Source: Octopus bimaculoides (lineage: Eukaryota). From it: 60,634 nucleotides of DNA. Below the pieces are notes generated by a model. It was not told the origin of the DNA and searched no databases. It saw only the letters and a list, made by a program, of their open reading frames with translations. Positions 13,300 to 28,400 of this stretch are shown piece by piece. Position numbers and translations under genes: made by a program. Every line of letters begins with the position of its first letter. Position 1 is the stretch's first letter. The stretch lies in NCBI RefSeq assembly GCF_001194135.2, contig NC_068983.1:26478058-26538691 (forward strand). Direction: 5' to 3'.

Positions 13300-15870
13300 A
13301 AAATGGAAAGTAGGATAAAATAAATGCAATATTCTCAGAGTAGCAAATGGTTATGTAGAAAATAGACATCCAGTTTATATCCTAGAACTAACAACCATTT
13401 TCCAAGTGAGGGAAAATTTTTCTGATATAGCCAATGCAGTAGTAGGTACACTATAAGTACGAACAATGAAAGGATAGACATAAGTAGATCCTCATGATTA
13501 TTTCGCTCGATCACGTTTCATATTCAGATGGGCAACCTAACACCTAGCATTATGAAGCTACTGGCAATGCAGTTGCCTTTATAATAACATTTATTATTCA
13601 GAGAAAATTAAAGATAAGATAAGTTTCTGTTGCTGCAGTGCACGAGTTCAACTACATACAACTTCACAAAGCAGACTAGGGGGCAATTAGAAAAGACCTG
13701 AAACTTACTGACATGTATTCACTAAAAAAAAAAAAAAAATTAATACGGAAACAAGACATCAACGTTTAATGAACACTGTCACTTACAAATGCGAAAAAGA
13801 AGCTCTCATGATAAACACTAGTAGAAATAGTTCCCCACCCCAAGAGAAAAACAATAAAAGCACTCAATAGGAGAATCAAAAGGATTAATATAGAATTCAA
13901 CCAGTTAAAACTACCACCAACATGCATCCAAAATTTACAGGAATATGAAAGCTTCAGTTGGCAAAAATATAATCTGCAGATCTGCATGAAAACACACATT
14001 AACAATCTGAGGACTGTAGAGGAAAACTGGATAATTAAAAGAAAAATATCAAACAGAACCAAAAATTGCTTTATTCATATACCAACTAACATAACAACGC
14101 TGCATCACCCGATGGTCCAGACTAATGACAGCAGCATTCATCCCCGTCAGGCTACAAACATGGCTGAGTTCCAACAGAAATAGTATTGCTCTGCCTTTAG
14201 TAATACAACTGATATTCATGAAAGGAATCACCGCGAGCTCAATCCCCAACATATCACTAACAAGTTTCACTGCGTCAGACATCACAGCAGCAATGAATGG
14301 TATCAAGCATCATTTAGAAAGAGGTTCTTATAGATTCCCCTCTTCTATCCTGGATGAATGTAGAGACCAGCTTGCATCCACCCTAAACAGCGTCCAGATG
14401 CATCCTTTAGAAGTAGGCCATATACCGAAGCAGTTCATTTACCAGTCTACAATATTATTCTTCAATAAGTAAAACAAGAGTCTTGCAGTAACCTATCACC
14501 TAATCTCGCTCACCTCTTACATCATCAAAATGTTCCAAAAAAAAAAAAAATCTGTGAGATCAACGATAACTGGTTTCCTGCAGATTAACAATCTTCTAAA
14601 TTCTACCCAGCATGACTCTCGCTGTAGTAGAGACTATCTAACCCTCTCTTCAACTGTTTCTACCTCTGACCATTCCTCTCTCATTCACTTCTCAGTTACA
14701 AATAGTTCGGGTTTATAAATTTACTTAACAATGTAAAATTACATTAGCTTGGTGTTAAGGTATTAGTTCGAACTCTAACGTTATTTACTTTGTCCTTGGC
14801 AAAGCCTACGGCAGAGTCGACCAGAGTATCCTCTTGCTAAAAGTGTTCAATTCTGGATATGTAGTAAACAGCTGCTTTGGCTTAGGTACGTCCTGGTGAA
14901 CTAAACAGAGCATGAGAGCGGTGTAATTCACTCAAGCCCAGAGAAATTCAGCAGTGGTGTACGTCAGGGAACTATTTTGAATCCGCGTCTCTCTATTGCT
15001 TATGAAAATGGCATCTAAAGCATTACGAAGCATAGAAAAGTAAACGTGTTTTCAGATAACTCTAAACTCCCAAAAATTATCACCGGAGAAGACAGAACAC
15101 AAATCTCATCTAGAGCCAAGGCGCAAACAACAACATGCCGTTAAATGAGGGAAAATCTGAACTCATGCACTTTGGAAAAAGGAATGCACTCCAACATTCA
15201 TACTATCTTCCTGCAGGGGACTTACTAATAGTATCGAATATTATCAGGCAAGACGTAATTTTGAGCAACCGTCTAGGCTTAAACACTCACATCATCAATA
15301 AAATCGATGTTTCGCAACATAAGCTGCTGAATTCTCAGAACTTACCAGACCTGAGAGCTAGATGGCATCATTCTGCTTTCCTCCTCTTTTTTATTACACC
15401 TAGAACACCGCATCACCCTGTGGTTTCTCCGCATCAAACAAAACATTACGATAATTGAGTCAGCCCACTAAAAAATTAAAAGGTATGGGTGATCTTGATT
15501 ATTGGGACCATTATAAAACATTTTGACTTCATTCTCTCCCACGCCACCGTGAGAGCTACATGATTTGCATAATGTGAAGTGTACACATCTAGCATTACAC
15601 AAATGACACAAATGAGCCGCATGTCATACCCACATTAAACATTTCAGGTGTACAACACATAAATACACTGTAAAATAATTTATTTTCATCCAAAGGACCT
15701 ACATAACGTAATCCTTCAAAGAATTAAATAAGTAAAAGATTCCATCACTTTCAAACGATGTCTAGACAAATTTCTTCAAGGGATATTGTATAAATTGTTT
15801 ATATACTTGGATATATATCAGTCAACAACATGGCCCATCCCCAGGTGAATAGTCCATGAGGACAACATAC
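13300..15870 (+). mobile_element. CR1/L2-like LINE relic (endonuclease remnant, reverse transcriptase, C-terminus), heavily degenerate
   Basis: Ordered RT motifs: FPSSILDECRDQLASTL...GHIPKQ (~14330-14430), NNLLNSTQHDSR (QHGFR-like, ~14590), GVRQGTILNP (GVPQG-like, 14956), FSDNSKL (FADD-like, ~15050), LNEGKSELMHFGK, then DYW and RERY-like motifs; many stops and frameshifts; 5' boundary approximate. Confidence 0.85.
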
Positions 15871-16040
15871 TTCACATAAAAATGGATTAACTTATCCTAT
15901 CAAGTGGATAGATGCAACCTAGTCTAATATTTGGCCGCAAAATATCTAAATTTATCTAAAATCTATCTATCTATCTATCTATCTCTATATATATGTATAT
16001 ATATATATACATATATANNNNNNNNNNNNNNNNNNNNNNN

Positions 16041-16071
<31 letters not shown>

Positions 16072-16227
16072 CAAATATACATGTACGCCTGTGCGCCTGC
16101 GTGTGCATGTACTCATGTGATTTGTGTGCCCTACTATAAGCGTGTACGCATGTAATGGGTTGCTCTACCAAATACTTAGTCATTCCTGGCAGAAATATAT
16201 ATTACACATAAACACACATACCTACAA

Positions 16228-16234
16228 ACACACG

Positions 16235-16281
<47 letters not shown>
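16228..16281. repeat. (CA)n microsatellite
   Basis: Direct reading. Confidence 0.95.
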
Positions 16282-16282
<1 letters not shown>

Positions 16283-17295
16283 TATTAGACTTAACGTCGA
16301 TGTTTCTACAATGTTGATTCTCAAATTCCTGTCCCGTTATGTAAAAGCCTCTTAATACCATGCAAATCTTAATTTCACTCATTCGAAGAAAAGCAATATG
16401 ATATCCCTTCAGAGGAATAGAGCGAAACATCATCTCCAGAGACAGTCTTCTTTCTTGGAAATAAATGTATATTTGTAACACAGGAACCTCTGCCGAAAGC
16501 GTTAAAGTGAATCTTCATTTCAAAGATAAAATACAAAGAATAAAATATTGTTGAGTCTTTCTCCTCGTACATTCCCTTACATAAATCTCCGGCGTATTCA
16601 ACTTTCATTATGTTGGAGAAAAAATATGTTTCACATATTTTCTCTCCAGTTTTGTTGAATTCTCGAAATATAAAACTACTGGAGAACGGAAGCGTGGAAT
16701 TTCGACGCGAAGACGTACAAAATGACAATAAAGAGTAATGAAAGTTCCAAGACAGAAAACACTACTTGTGTTTAATCGATCATAGATACACATTCATAGT
16801 AACATGATATGAAGCTTTATTGGGGAATGGTGAATATTACAGTTTGTAAATGTTCGAGAGTTTTATTCCCATCGTGCTTTCACATTCACTGCACATGTGC
16901 CAAATGAGAAAAGTGTAGTTAGTAACTACGAACCACGTACTCTTGGGTTCATTCCCACTAGGCTTGCACAATACGTAGATCACTTGTAGCTTAGCCTCGA
17001 GGTTGCTAGATAGACAGTCTGCACAAGCCGGTCGTACAATCATACAAACGAAAAACACGCACAGTATTTTATAAGTTATGTGCGCAAATACACAAACAAG
17101 ACTATGGTATTGTCGTTGTTGTTGTGTTTGTGCGGCAATAACGGTGGCCATCTTTCCGATCAAATCAAGGAAATTATGTCTAACATAGACTAAGTTTGTT
17201 CAAGCTGTCTGTAAGTCACAATAACAGACAGAAACTTGCTACAGTGTTTCCGTAACGATGTGTGAACTGAACTCACATTTACAGATTATTATTCT

Positions 17296-17466
<171 letters not shown>

Positions 17467-17479
17467 CTTATAAACATAT

Positions 17480-17513
<34 letters not shown>

Positions 17514-18372
17514 GACGAACTTCTTTTTCATATACACTTATTCAGAAGACTGCTTCTTCACGTCCGTAGGCGAGACTCCCAGTTCACAGGTATTTCATAC
17601 GTATTTCTAACGTCTCTCATTGGAAAGATACTCACTCATAAGTAAATACTGCTTTGTTTAAAAATTGCGTTATGATAATAGCAACGATTTCCCACTCGTA
17701 TATACATTATAAATATTTTATTACACATACACAGTGGATAGCATAAATCGATATATCATAATCACTTCTATTCACAATAAAAATCTTATTTACACACATT
17801 AATGTTATTTCACATATATACAAGCATGGTTAAGCAATCCGTCGCTGGAAGGATTTCTGGTTGTATGTGAGATTGTGTGTATACACTACATTATGTATTT
17901 ATCCATGCAGTTCCGATATGTGTGTGAGCAGCAAGACATTTTCCGACCATTACATATGTTGGCAAATCCGCTTCACTGTGTGGATTGCAATATTTTTTGT
18001 TGTGTATGTTTATGAACAAATTACTTCATAAAATCTATCTGGAATCAAATCTATTTAGTTCTATTTTATTAAGAATATATTACATTTTTAAAATGTAAGG
18101 AATAAAGATTTAACGGTATTACATTTAGGTAATCTCAGCAGAAATATATTACAAAACTAGAATCCATGTTGGACAAACAACCATGCAATGCAATCCTACT
18201 TATAATATATACATCTTTAGGGACTTATCAGATGAATATAATTATACATACTATTCTTCAGTATAGAAAAGTACATGCTAATACCAATTAATATATGAAT
18301 TACATGTACACACACACACAAACACACACTGAAACAAACATATATGGTGTGCATCTGTTCAACTATATTTTA

Positions 18373-18428
<56 letters not shown>

Positions 18429-19162
18429 CATGACCGTGGCAAGAAACTTGCATACCAAACACACGGTATGTATATGTATATATATATACACACACACACG
18501 CACACGCATGTATATATATAATATACGGAGAATATATTGATCTTATGTATGAACTACATTCGTGTGTATGTATACACACACACACACACATACACACACA
18601 TACGCACACATAGTTATATATATATATACATTAACCAATACTACATCTTTCTTATTTTTGTTTCTTCCTTACGCCCGGTGTCATGGAATATTCTTCATGT
18701 AACACGTTATATAACGTTGAATTAAAAAAACCTATAATCATTTGTTCAATCTATCTAAGAGCATCCTCTTGGTCTCTAGCTCGACACACAGACCACTATT
18801 TCTGGGCAATCTGTTTCATGCATATACTGGCTACGCCTTTCGTAAGTGCTCGGCTTGTACTTAAAAACCAGACCTTTAATTATTGTTGAGAGCAGCGTTT
18901 CAATCATTCCTATGAAAACCAGTCATATTTGAATCTCAGTTCACCAACTGTTATTTTATAATAACTTCTCACTCACTTAGCACGCTCACATTTTTATGCT
19001 AACTTCCACTTCTATGCGTACTCAATGACCCTTTCCACTACACGCATTTTATCACGGCTCCGATATCATTCTTGTAGAAACATATAGCGAATATATACGC
19101 ATATATGCTGAATATTTACTTTGTGTCACATAGTCATTTCATTACGTAAGAAGGTATCACCA

Positions 19163-19437
19163 CAGTAATACCTCTACTATCGCAAATTTTACGTTCAAAA
19201 ACCCCTGCGAAAGGTGGAAAACGCGAAGTAGAGACGGTACTGTACTGTATATTTTTTTAATTAATTTTATGATTTGTATATATTTATTTTATTATAAATA
19301 CAAGATAGCAACACGGAGGAATCGACGTAACCTTAATAATCAACTTTGATAGGTGAACAGCGACTGGTGAACCGCAATAACTGAACCGTAGTAGGTGAAT
19401 TGTGACAGATGGCCCGCGATATGGCGAGGGATTATTG
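19163..19437. mobile_element. MITE with Tigger/pogo-type termini
   Basis: Left CAGTAATACCTCTACTATCGC; right end revcomp CAATAATCCCTCGCCATATCGCGG followed by TA; internal gtgaaccgc-type repeats and an internal TIR-like copy at 19222-19242. Confidence 0.7.
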
Positions 19438-21699
19438 TAGCTTAAACATACACATACTCGAATAGACGCGCGCTCAAGCACAAACAAGTTTAAGCCGAAA
19501 GAATACACTGCCGAGCGTTATATGTCATACAGGATCACATGCATTCATAATACAATATAAAAGACATCCATATATAGGTGTACGTAAACATAGGCATGAG
19601 CATAAAAGAAACACATGCAGGATCTCAAGCCCAGACAAATACACACACACACACACACATACACATACCCACAGACACACACAGACACACACACGCGCGC
19701 ATAAACACACATACACAAGATTGATACTGACCACCAAAATACTCCTCCACTCACTTGAAAATCCTACACGTATATTCACCTTTTTGTTTTATCTCTGAAT
19801 ATGGTTAAACACTATTCAGCTCAGCATTTAATTTCATATCATCGCATGGCCACTATGTTGACAGAGGATCTGTCGGACATTTTTTTGCAGATATTTTACG
19901 TTATATTTTTCCTCTTAAGTGTCATGTTTTTCAGTTATATTTTTTCCAGTCTTGTCTCTTTTTCACGTTAGATTTTTTTCGAAATAAGGTAATACACAAT
20001 ACATCATAATTTTTTTTTTCATTTCTCTGAAACTCAAGCTAGCAATTTAGTTCGTTAAATAATCTCGGCTTATAGTTGTATTTGTTTAGCCTTTCTTTTT
20101 GTCTTTCATACTATATAATCACATGGAATATAACATACGATAATATAATGTTACATTATACAATACGATATAATATAATATAATATATCTATATATATAT
20201 ATATGTATGTATTGTTGTATTTCGGATGGTCATTATATATTTGCCATATATATATATATATATTTGCCATATATNNNNNNNNNNNNNNNNNNNNNNNNNN
20301 NNNNNNNNNNNNNNNNNNNNNNNNNNNNNNNNNNNNNNNNNNNNNNNNNNNNNNNNNNNNNNNNNNNNNNNNNNNNNNNNNNNNNNNNNNNNNNNNNNNN
20401 NNNNNNNNNNNNNNNNNNNNNNNNNNNNNNNNNNNNNNNNNNNNNNNNNNNNNNNNNNNNNNNNNNNNNNNNNNNNNNNNNNNNNNNNNNNNNNNNNNNN
20501 NNNNNNNNNNNNNNNNNNNNNNNNNNNNNNNNNNNNNNNNNNNNNNNNNNNNNNNNNNNNNNNNNNNNNNNNNNNNNNNNNNNNNNNNNNNNNNNNNNNT
20601 ATATATATATATATATATATCATCATGTGTGCACGTAAATGTTGGAACGAGCGCTCATGAGCGTGGGTGGTGCTTAAAATGAGTATTTACGTATGGATAA
20701 TGTGTTTTTGAACGTGTGTGCGTGTTTATAATAGACATTGTGTAATAGAATACTTTTAGGAAAATAACGATGACGAATACAAAAAGGGCTTAACTAAATC
20801 GAAAGGATTTCAGAAATACCTGGGTTTTATAAATAATCTTTGAACATTACAGATGCATTGTACATTTCTAAGTATTACGATGCAAAATTATTCTGCTAGG
20901 GAAAGCTTTTAAACTGGATTCATATCTATTTAAAATATTATTTTCGTATCATATAATGCAGCAAAGGATATACGCTGGAACCATTTACGTAAATTATGAA
21001 AGCTGCATTATACATGTATATTTTGTTTTGTTTTTGATATATAAATTATACTTAGAAGGATATAGATAAAATGTCAAATGGCACACGCGCACATAGAGAC
21101 TCACATTTAAATACATACATACTACACACATGCACACATAAATACGTACATACGTACATACATACAGGCATACAGGCATATAGGCATACATACATACTGA
21201 CAGACATGTATCATAAGTAAATATGCATCCTACATTTTACTGTTTCATCTGTGTGGAGTCAAGGTCGTGCTTTGGACATGGTGATGTATTTATTCAAAAG
21301 GCATGTGTGCTTGATGCATTATTAAATATTTAATTCACTATCCCAATGAATGAAGTGACATCATTTTGCTTCTAGAATTAATACGGCTCTAAAAGGAGTG
21401 TCTATTTCTGTCTACAGAAGTATAATTTTTAACATAGGCAAGGCCATCAATCAATATAGATTGGCAACTGACATGAGAGTAGCAATGCCTAGCAGAAAGA
21501 AGCGCAAGGAAGGACTTTGGACGCTCTTAAATTACCCTGTGATATACATACGTTTTCTTCTATAAAAACGGATAAACACGCAAATATGTGTATAGGCTAT
21601 ACCATGCAAATACATATGTATGTACATGAGTACATGTATGTATATAGGTGTAAGTACATGTATGTCTACCTACGTATCTATCTATATAAAAAAAAGCAT

Positions 21700-21860
21700 T
21701 TCTTAAGAATCAGATTCCAATGGGCAACGATATAGAAGAAACTTGAATAATATCTGTCACTTGTGTTTTAAATCCTGTCACACAGCAGCTGGTCTGAAAA
21801 GTTACTTGAGGGCTCATCAGTGGAGGGATTGTGCTGCTTGATGGAGTGTGGTGTGTATGT
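21700..21860 (+). mobile_element. Probable 3' end of an RTE-like LINE with a C2H2-type zinc finger remnant
   Basis: Translates ICHLCFKSCHTAAGLKSYLRAH (C-x2-C-x12-[H>Y]-x3-H) then stop; an isolated C-terminal finger like this is typical of RTE ORF2 ends. Confidence 0.5.
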
Positions 21861-22445
21861 TGATGGGATGGCTATTATTTCTCAAGATGAAGCAATCATT
21901 ATATATATTCTTTTCTCGCTGCATTCGTGTTCTTTCTTGTGTCTGTGATTTTATTTTGATCTTCTATGTAAATGACGTTTTACTGTTTTTCTTTCTACGA
22001 AATGAGAACATACATTGCAGGACTGTTATTTTAACGAGCTGTATCTATTTATCACACGATGAGATACTCTGCAGCGCCGTTTGCTTCTCAAATAGTTCTT
22101 AAGTGCCTCACCCTTGAGGGAATGATGCTAGATATGTCGAAACAATTGTCGTGCTTAATAATAAACATTCTCGTATATTCCATCTTTCGTCTTTCATATA
22201 TATATACATACATACCTACACAGATACATGCATATATCTACACAGGCACACACGCAAACACAAAACTGCGTACGCATTCAAGTATGCATACACATACAGA
22301 CGCAGATGACACACCCGCACGATTGTATATATGTACCCGCACGATTATATATATAGACCTAGGAATGTACTTAAAAAGTTGATCCATTATGAAGCATCAT
22401 TAACTTAATACATACATCTGTTGAATCTGTTATATGACGTATATA

Positions 22446-22482
<37 letters not shown>

Positions 22483-23027
22483 GAATAAGCAATTTAAACA
22501 ACATAGATTAAAATCGAGACTTGAGTTATATGATTGCATGTGTGTATACACACACACACATACACATATGCATGCATATACATACATATTGGTTTATAAA
22601 TAATCCCTAAGTACTAGAAACTACGCAATCGTCTTCACTCCCTGACAGTTATTTTATCATAAACACTCCGATTATCGTTTTTGCAGTAACTTACACAGAA
22701 ATTCCTGCGGACATGTATATTTGTAGGAACGTAGGTTTGAAAGCTTTGGACAATAAAATTACAACATAGTAGAGAATTTACGAGAAACTCTAGAATTAAA
22801 TTTCTTTTTCACAAATGAAGTATTTTTTTTTCTTTAGCTCTGGGATGCAATTCCGTTACAAATTGTTTCGTAATAGTTACACATACATCAAAATATATTT
22901 AGGAAATTATTAGACTTACTTCAATCATGGGTAAGTTCCATTCAAATATTTCTTGATTACGGCTCGAAAATAGTGAACAATGGAAAAATGTTAATCCTTC
23001 CTTGTATACAGCCTGGAATAATAAAAT

Positions 23028-23063
<36 letters not shown>

Positions 23064-23102
<39 letters not shown>

Positions 23103-23447
23103 NNNNNNNNNNNNNNNNNNNNNNNNNNNNNNNNNNNNNNNNNNNNNNNNNNNNNNNNNNNNNNNNNNNNNNNNNNNNNNNNNNNNNNNNNNNNNNNNNN
23201 NNNNNNNNNNNNNNNNNNNNNNNNNNNNNNNNNNNNNNNNNNNNNNNNNNNNNNNNNNNNNNNNNNNNNNNNNNNNNNNNNNNNNNNNNNNNNNNNNNNN
23301 NNNNNNNNNNNNNNNNNNNNNNNNNNNNNNNNNNNNNNNNNNNNNNNNNNNNNNNNNNNNNNNNNNNNNNNNNNNNNNNNNNNNNNNNNNNNNNNNNNNN
23401 NNNNNNNNNNNNNNNNNNNNNNNNNNNNNNNNNNNNNNNNNNNNNNN

Positions 23448-23522
<75 letters not shown>
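23064..23522. repeat. (AT)n-(GT)n microsatellite spanning an assembly gap
   Basis: Direct reading on both sides of the N-run. Confidence 0.9.
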
Positions 23523-23524
<2 letters not shown>

Positions 23525-23599
23525 TGTGTATGTATGTGTGTATGTGAATATGTATGTATATAGCAAATGATAGAGGGGCGAAAATTGTATATATGAGAA

Positions 23600-24236
23600 A
23601 TGTTATTGCTCAGCACGATTATTTCGAATAACTCGAAGGTAGAATACTATAGAACTGGTTGTGTTGCATACCTTGATGCTAAAGCGTCAGGATGGGTCGT
23701 AACAATCGTTATGAGAAATGAAATTTGTCGTATATTGCATTCAATCTGCCTGAAATTTGGAAGGTACATATCGTACTGCTTGGCATTCGCTCCAGCCGAT
23801 CCGATAGCAACACTTCAGGGTATTTGGGTGTCAAACTAAGGACAGTACAATATGAGGGCATGCACCGAGAGTGATAAAAATCAAACACCCATTCAACGTC
23901 ATGGTCTTTGGAGTGACGTTGTGCCTCCATTTATCTTCCCACGCAGCCTGAGATTTAACACAGAGACCTATATCATGTGCCTGGTGGAGGTAGTGCTGCC
24001 CTGAGTCAAGAGGGTGGCTGCTAGAAGAACCTATGACTGGCCACAGAAGCAGAAGAATCTGAAGTCGTCTGGAGTCTTTGGTTGAAGACGAATGACGATT
24101 TTATTGAATAAATTTAGTCTTTACAATTTCAAAACATGTTTATGTAACTTAGGCAAATATATCTCTTAAAATGAGATGTCAGTGTTATTTTCATTTTTGC
24201 GTAATTTAGACGACATTATATACTCCTACACCCCGT
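23600..24236 (+). mobile_element. Second copy of the deleted Tc1/mariner family at 10411
   Basis: Colinear similarity with 10411-11226 (gagtgataaaaatcaaacaccc, tgccctgagtcaagagggtggctgctagaag, gttattttcatttttgcgtaatttagacgac); right TIR remnant cctacaccccgtg; left end unclear. Confidence 0.8.
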
Positions 24237-27200
24237 GTGTGTGTGTGTAAATATACACATATACATATGTATACGTATATATATATATATATATATACGT
24301 ATACATATGTATATGNNNNNNNNNNNNNNNNNNNNNNNNNNNNNNNNNNNNNNNNNNNNNNNNNNNNNNNNNNNNNNNNNNNNNNNNNNNNNNNNNNNNN
24401 NNNNNNNNNNNNNNNNNNNNNNNNNNNNNNNNNNNNNNNNNNNNNNNNNNNNNNNNNNNNNNNNNNNNNNNNNNNNNNNNNNNNNNNNNNNNNNNNNNNN
24501 NNNNNNNNNNNNNNNNNNNNNNNNNNNNNNNNNNNNNNNNNNNNNNNNNNNNNNNNNTATATATATGCATACATATGCGTTCTTCCATGTAGGAGATTTT
24601 ATATCATTATATATGGATAATTCAATTATTAAGATAATAAATAGCGCTGTATATCTCACCTGAGTATGTTGGCTATACATTAGTTGATGTGCTAGTGACA
24701 TGGACTCCCGCCAGATATTAACACGACATTATCATTAATTAAATTGTTTTCACTTTGTGATGTATGAGCAGGCTACGAAATTTATGAGCATAGTGATACC
24801 TAGCATCGTCCAATATAGTACAGCAAACATCTTTGACATCGCTAAAAAACAACTGCTGTCTACCAACATCCTTCAGCCATTAGTTTTACGAAAAGATAAA
24901 ACTTCTATGAATATCAAATGCTATGTCTTTGTGCAGCTGAGGATTGCTCTGCATTTTAAATTGATGTAATGATTACATTGTTCAATTAAATGGAGTTGCA
25001 TGAAACGATCGTACTGCATTACCTCTGCAGTACGATCCTTATGTAATCGTTTATTCCTTTTTCATCGACTTTTCTTATACATATATATGTGAGAATGTGG
25101 GTGTGTAGGGGTATGTGTGTGTCTGTTTGTGTGCGTGTGAGTATGTGTGTGTGTGTATGTGAATTTCTGTGAACAAACTAATATATTTTTCAGCACTATT
25201 GTTAATTTATCTTCCAGATTATTCCAGGTTATTTCAATGTCTGTTTCTTGATACCAAAATTGTATATATTTTGTATCATAATTTTCACCTTCTCATCTTC
25301 TAGGTCTATCTAAGGTATTGTGGTAATTAAGGAATAATGCATTTCCATATATACTATATTTTGCAATACATATTCCTTATGTGGTAATATATAGTCATCT
25401 TTCTGAGAGTCATTATGTCTTTAACATTGGTGTATGTCTTTTCAGGTTTATATTACATAATAAAACGATAAAGTGGCATTGTTTTAGTTTCTACAATACA
25501 TCTCATCGTTTTATGAATCCCAACACATTGGACCAAATATCTATGGAGGAAAGTATCTTTCCTTTAAATTTATATCTTTATATATTATATTAATATATTA
25601 AATTTATATATTATATTTAGACAGCTAAACTCCTGACAATTCCAGTTACAGTCCATGTATTTATAGGCCTTTGATTTTTACCAGGCTATCAGGAAATGGC
25701 TATGTGACAATGTGTAAACAAGTGTTACACATCCAGTGTAAGGTATTCTGATTGACGGATCTCTTACATATGCAACTCAATCAGAATGTAATACACATTT
25801 TGTCATATACCTACAAATACGTGCTAACATAAGTACATACGTACACACACTCACACACATCACACACACACACACACACACGCACACACACATATATATA
25901 TATATTGGAAATCAAGTCAGAATTATTAGCTTCACTAAATAAAACGTTTTGTTCACAGCCATGTTCAAGCTTAGGTAAGACAACTTTGTCCATAACGGAA
26001 CACTAACATTACGTATGATAATATGCGTTAGGGATCTGCCTACACAGTTGATAAGGTTTTGAAATTGAATCCTCCCCGCAAAAATAATGCACTAACAATC
26101 TAGAATCTTCTTTCATCGCACGATATAAGTATCATGCTTTGCGTCTATGCTAGTTGCTCAAAATATGAGCTAAATCATGGGATTGTTTGTAAAGTAAAAA
26201 CAAACAACATATATTTATAGGAACAAGAATCATTATAGGAATCCCTTTTATTGGTTGTTGAATATGTATTTCAGAAATTTAAATAAAATTGAAATAATAT
26301 CTCACGGTTGTCTTCGCTTTAAAGTTATCGAACTCACATACAGTGTTTTGAAACCGGAAACTGGATGATAAGAAGGGTCAATATATATAAAAACACAAAA
26401 ACTGTCGTATTGACATTTCCATTCGGTAAAATCCGGTGAAATATAGTGAATATAATAGACAGTGTCTGTAAGTGTGTGGCTGAAATGTTTCTTCCAAAGT
26501 GTAAATGTTACAATACTGTTGTTATGCAGCAAGCTTGCAAGCATGCGAGGTCGTAGAATCTTCCCGAAAAGACGATAATTCTTATGCATATAATTCAATT
26601 ATAATCACCGCGTTATGAATTGCAATCAATATAATTGCGCAATTATTTCGAATTGATACGGATTTAGCCTTTTCTCTCTAGTAATTAAAGAAGGTCTTTT
26701 ATATATATGCTATTTTCAACCTCTGCTTAAAGAAACCTTAAGAAATGTATTTCCTTTATCCTACAATCACACGAAAACTGGGTCGATATTTTTGGCAGCT
26801 AATAATAAGAAAATTCAAATTATTTCTGTCCAAGTTTAATTATTACCTGTCTCCAATTTCGACAATAAGTCTTTTTAAAAGAAAGCGCTAAAATATAATA
26901 AGCAATGTGATGAACTTGCCCTTATTTATTATTCAAAAATATGTAATTACTCTAAGTCAATCATATGAAAGAGAATCACATAAATGTACAATAATTCAAA
27001 TACAATCTTAGGATGATAGAATGTCAATGGCCTACTATGCTATATTCATTTTTATTTTTCCGAAACAATACTAGGATCGTATTCTATTTTCCTTCAAAAT
27101 GAGACACTTTAAATTATATATTACTTTACTATACAAAGTCTGAATGTACTGAAACTGAAAGAGTAGAAATATTAACAAGTTCTGAGCAGTTTCTTGATTT

Positions 27201-27949
27201 AACGTTAAACGATCGTTTTCAGAAATATATCAATGCCAGGATATACAAGAAACATCACGAGTGTTAAAGTCATAAGGACTCTCAGTAAGATGAATATATA
27301 TTGCCACATGAGTAATATATATTGCTACACATTATTCCTTAATATCCGCAGAAATGCCATGATATACAGGAATATCATTTCCCCTTTTTTCGTCCCCAAT
27401 TAAAACTAAATTGCAGCTAAAATTAACATTCCCTTTAAAATTGATTCTTTTTATGAACTTCTCTCGAACAAATTTACCAGAACTAAACTTGGTGGTTTAA
27501 CGCACGACTCGATAATAGGTATCAAGTCTTATTATCATCGTTAAAAGATAGTTTTATGTTCTCAGCTGGATAGTAAATGAACAAGCAATACTAATTAGAA
27601 AAAATAACTGCATCAGTTCCGCGGATATCTTTCAACCTGATTCTTATTCCGTGACTTCTTAGCTCAGCATGTTACAATTTAGTATTTACAGCTGTATATA
27701 TTCAAAGATATAACGGTTCAAATGTATGCATACAAACAAATATATATATATATATATATATANNNNNNNNNNNNNNNNNNNNNNNNNNNNNNNNNNNNNN
27801 NNNNNNNNNNNNNNNNNNNNNNNNNNNNNNNNNNNNNNNNNNNNNNNNNATATACATACATACACTAATACATAGGTCTTCATGTAGGTATGTCTGTACA
27901 TGTTCAATAGTCTGAGAATAATAAATTTAGAATTTTTTCACTCCACGCA

Positions 27950-28400
27950 TTGAATGAGTGAACTGAAAAGAGAAAGGAAAATCACAGAAGTAGGTACTTT
28001 GGGACTGGTGAAGAAATACAAAACAAATAAGCTATTACTTATACCCAAGGAACAGAAAATTGTTCTCGGTGCTACAGTGAAAGTACACAGTAAAGAGGCT
28101 AAAACAAAAATAATTACAATACTTGAAAAAATTAAGATACGTTGTAAAACTAAGGGAATCACTTTTATTTTCAAACCTAGCTAACATATTAATGCGTTTC
28201 ATATTAGAATATTGCAATCATTTGCATCAGTGGCCTACAACCAATCATATTATAGCATATAAAATTTTCAAAACAGCCAGACATAATCAGATTAACGATA
28301 TCTATTTGAACTCAATTCAATTTCAACATCACAAGAAGGTGAAAACAATTTCGGCTATTTTTAAAATAAGACACTCAGACTAAAATATCGAAAAGTATTG
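27950..28400 (+). mobile_element. Degenerate CR1-like LINE fragment (post-RT region)
   Basis: ILMRFILEYCNHLHQW resembles the LVRPxLEYCxxVW motif; KIVLGATV resembles DLGVxV; frameshifted. Confidence 0.4.

Noticed and set aside
16645-16737. LLENGSVEF peptide resembling an Ig-domain motif after a good acceptor
   Set aside because: The frame ends in a stop without the DxGxYxC motif, and there is no convincing donor.
21376-21570. ~63-codon open frame (RINTALKG...RKKRKEG...)
   Set aside because: No recognisable domain; the basic stretch may belong to the adjacent RTE-like remnant.
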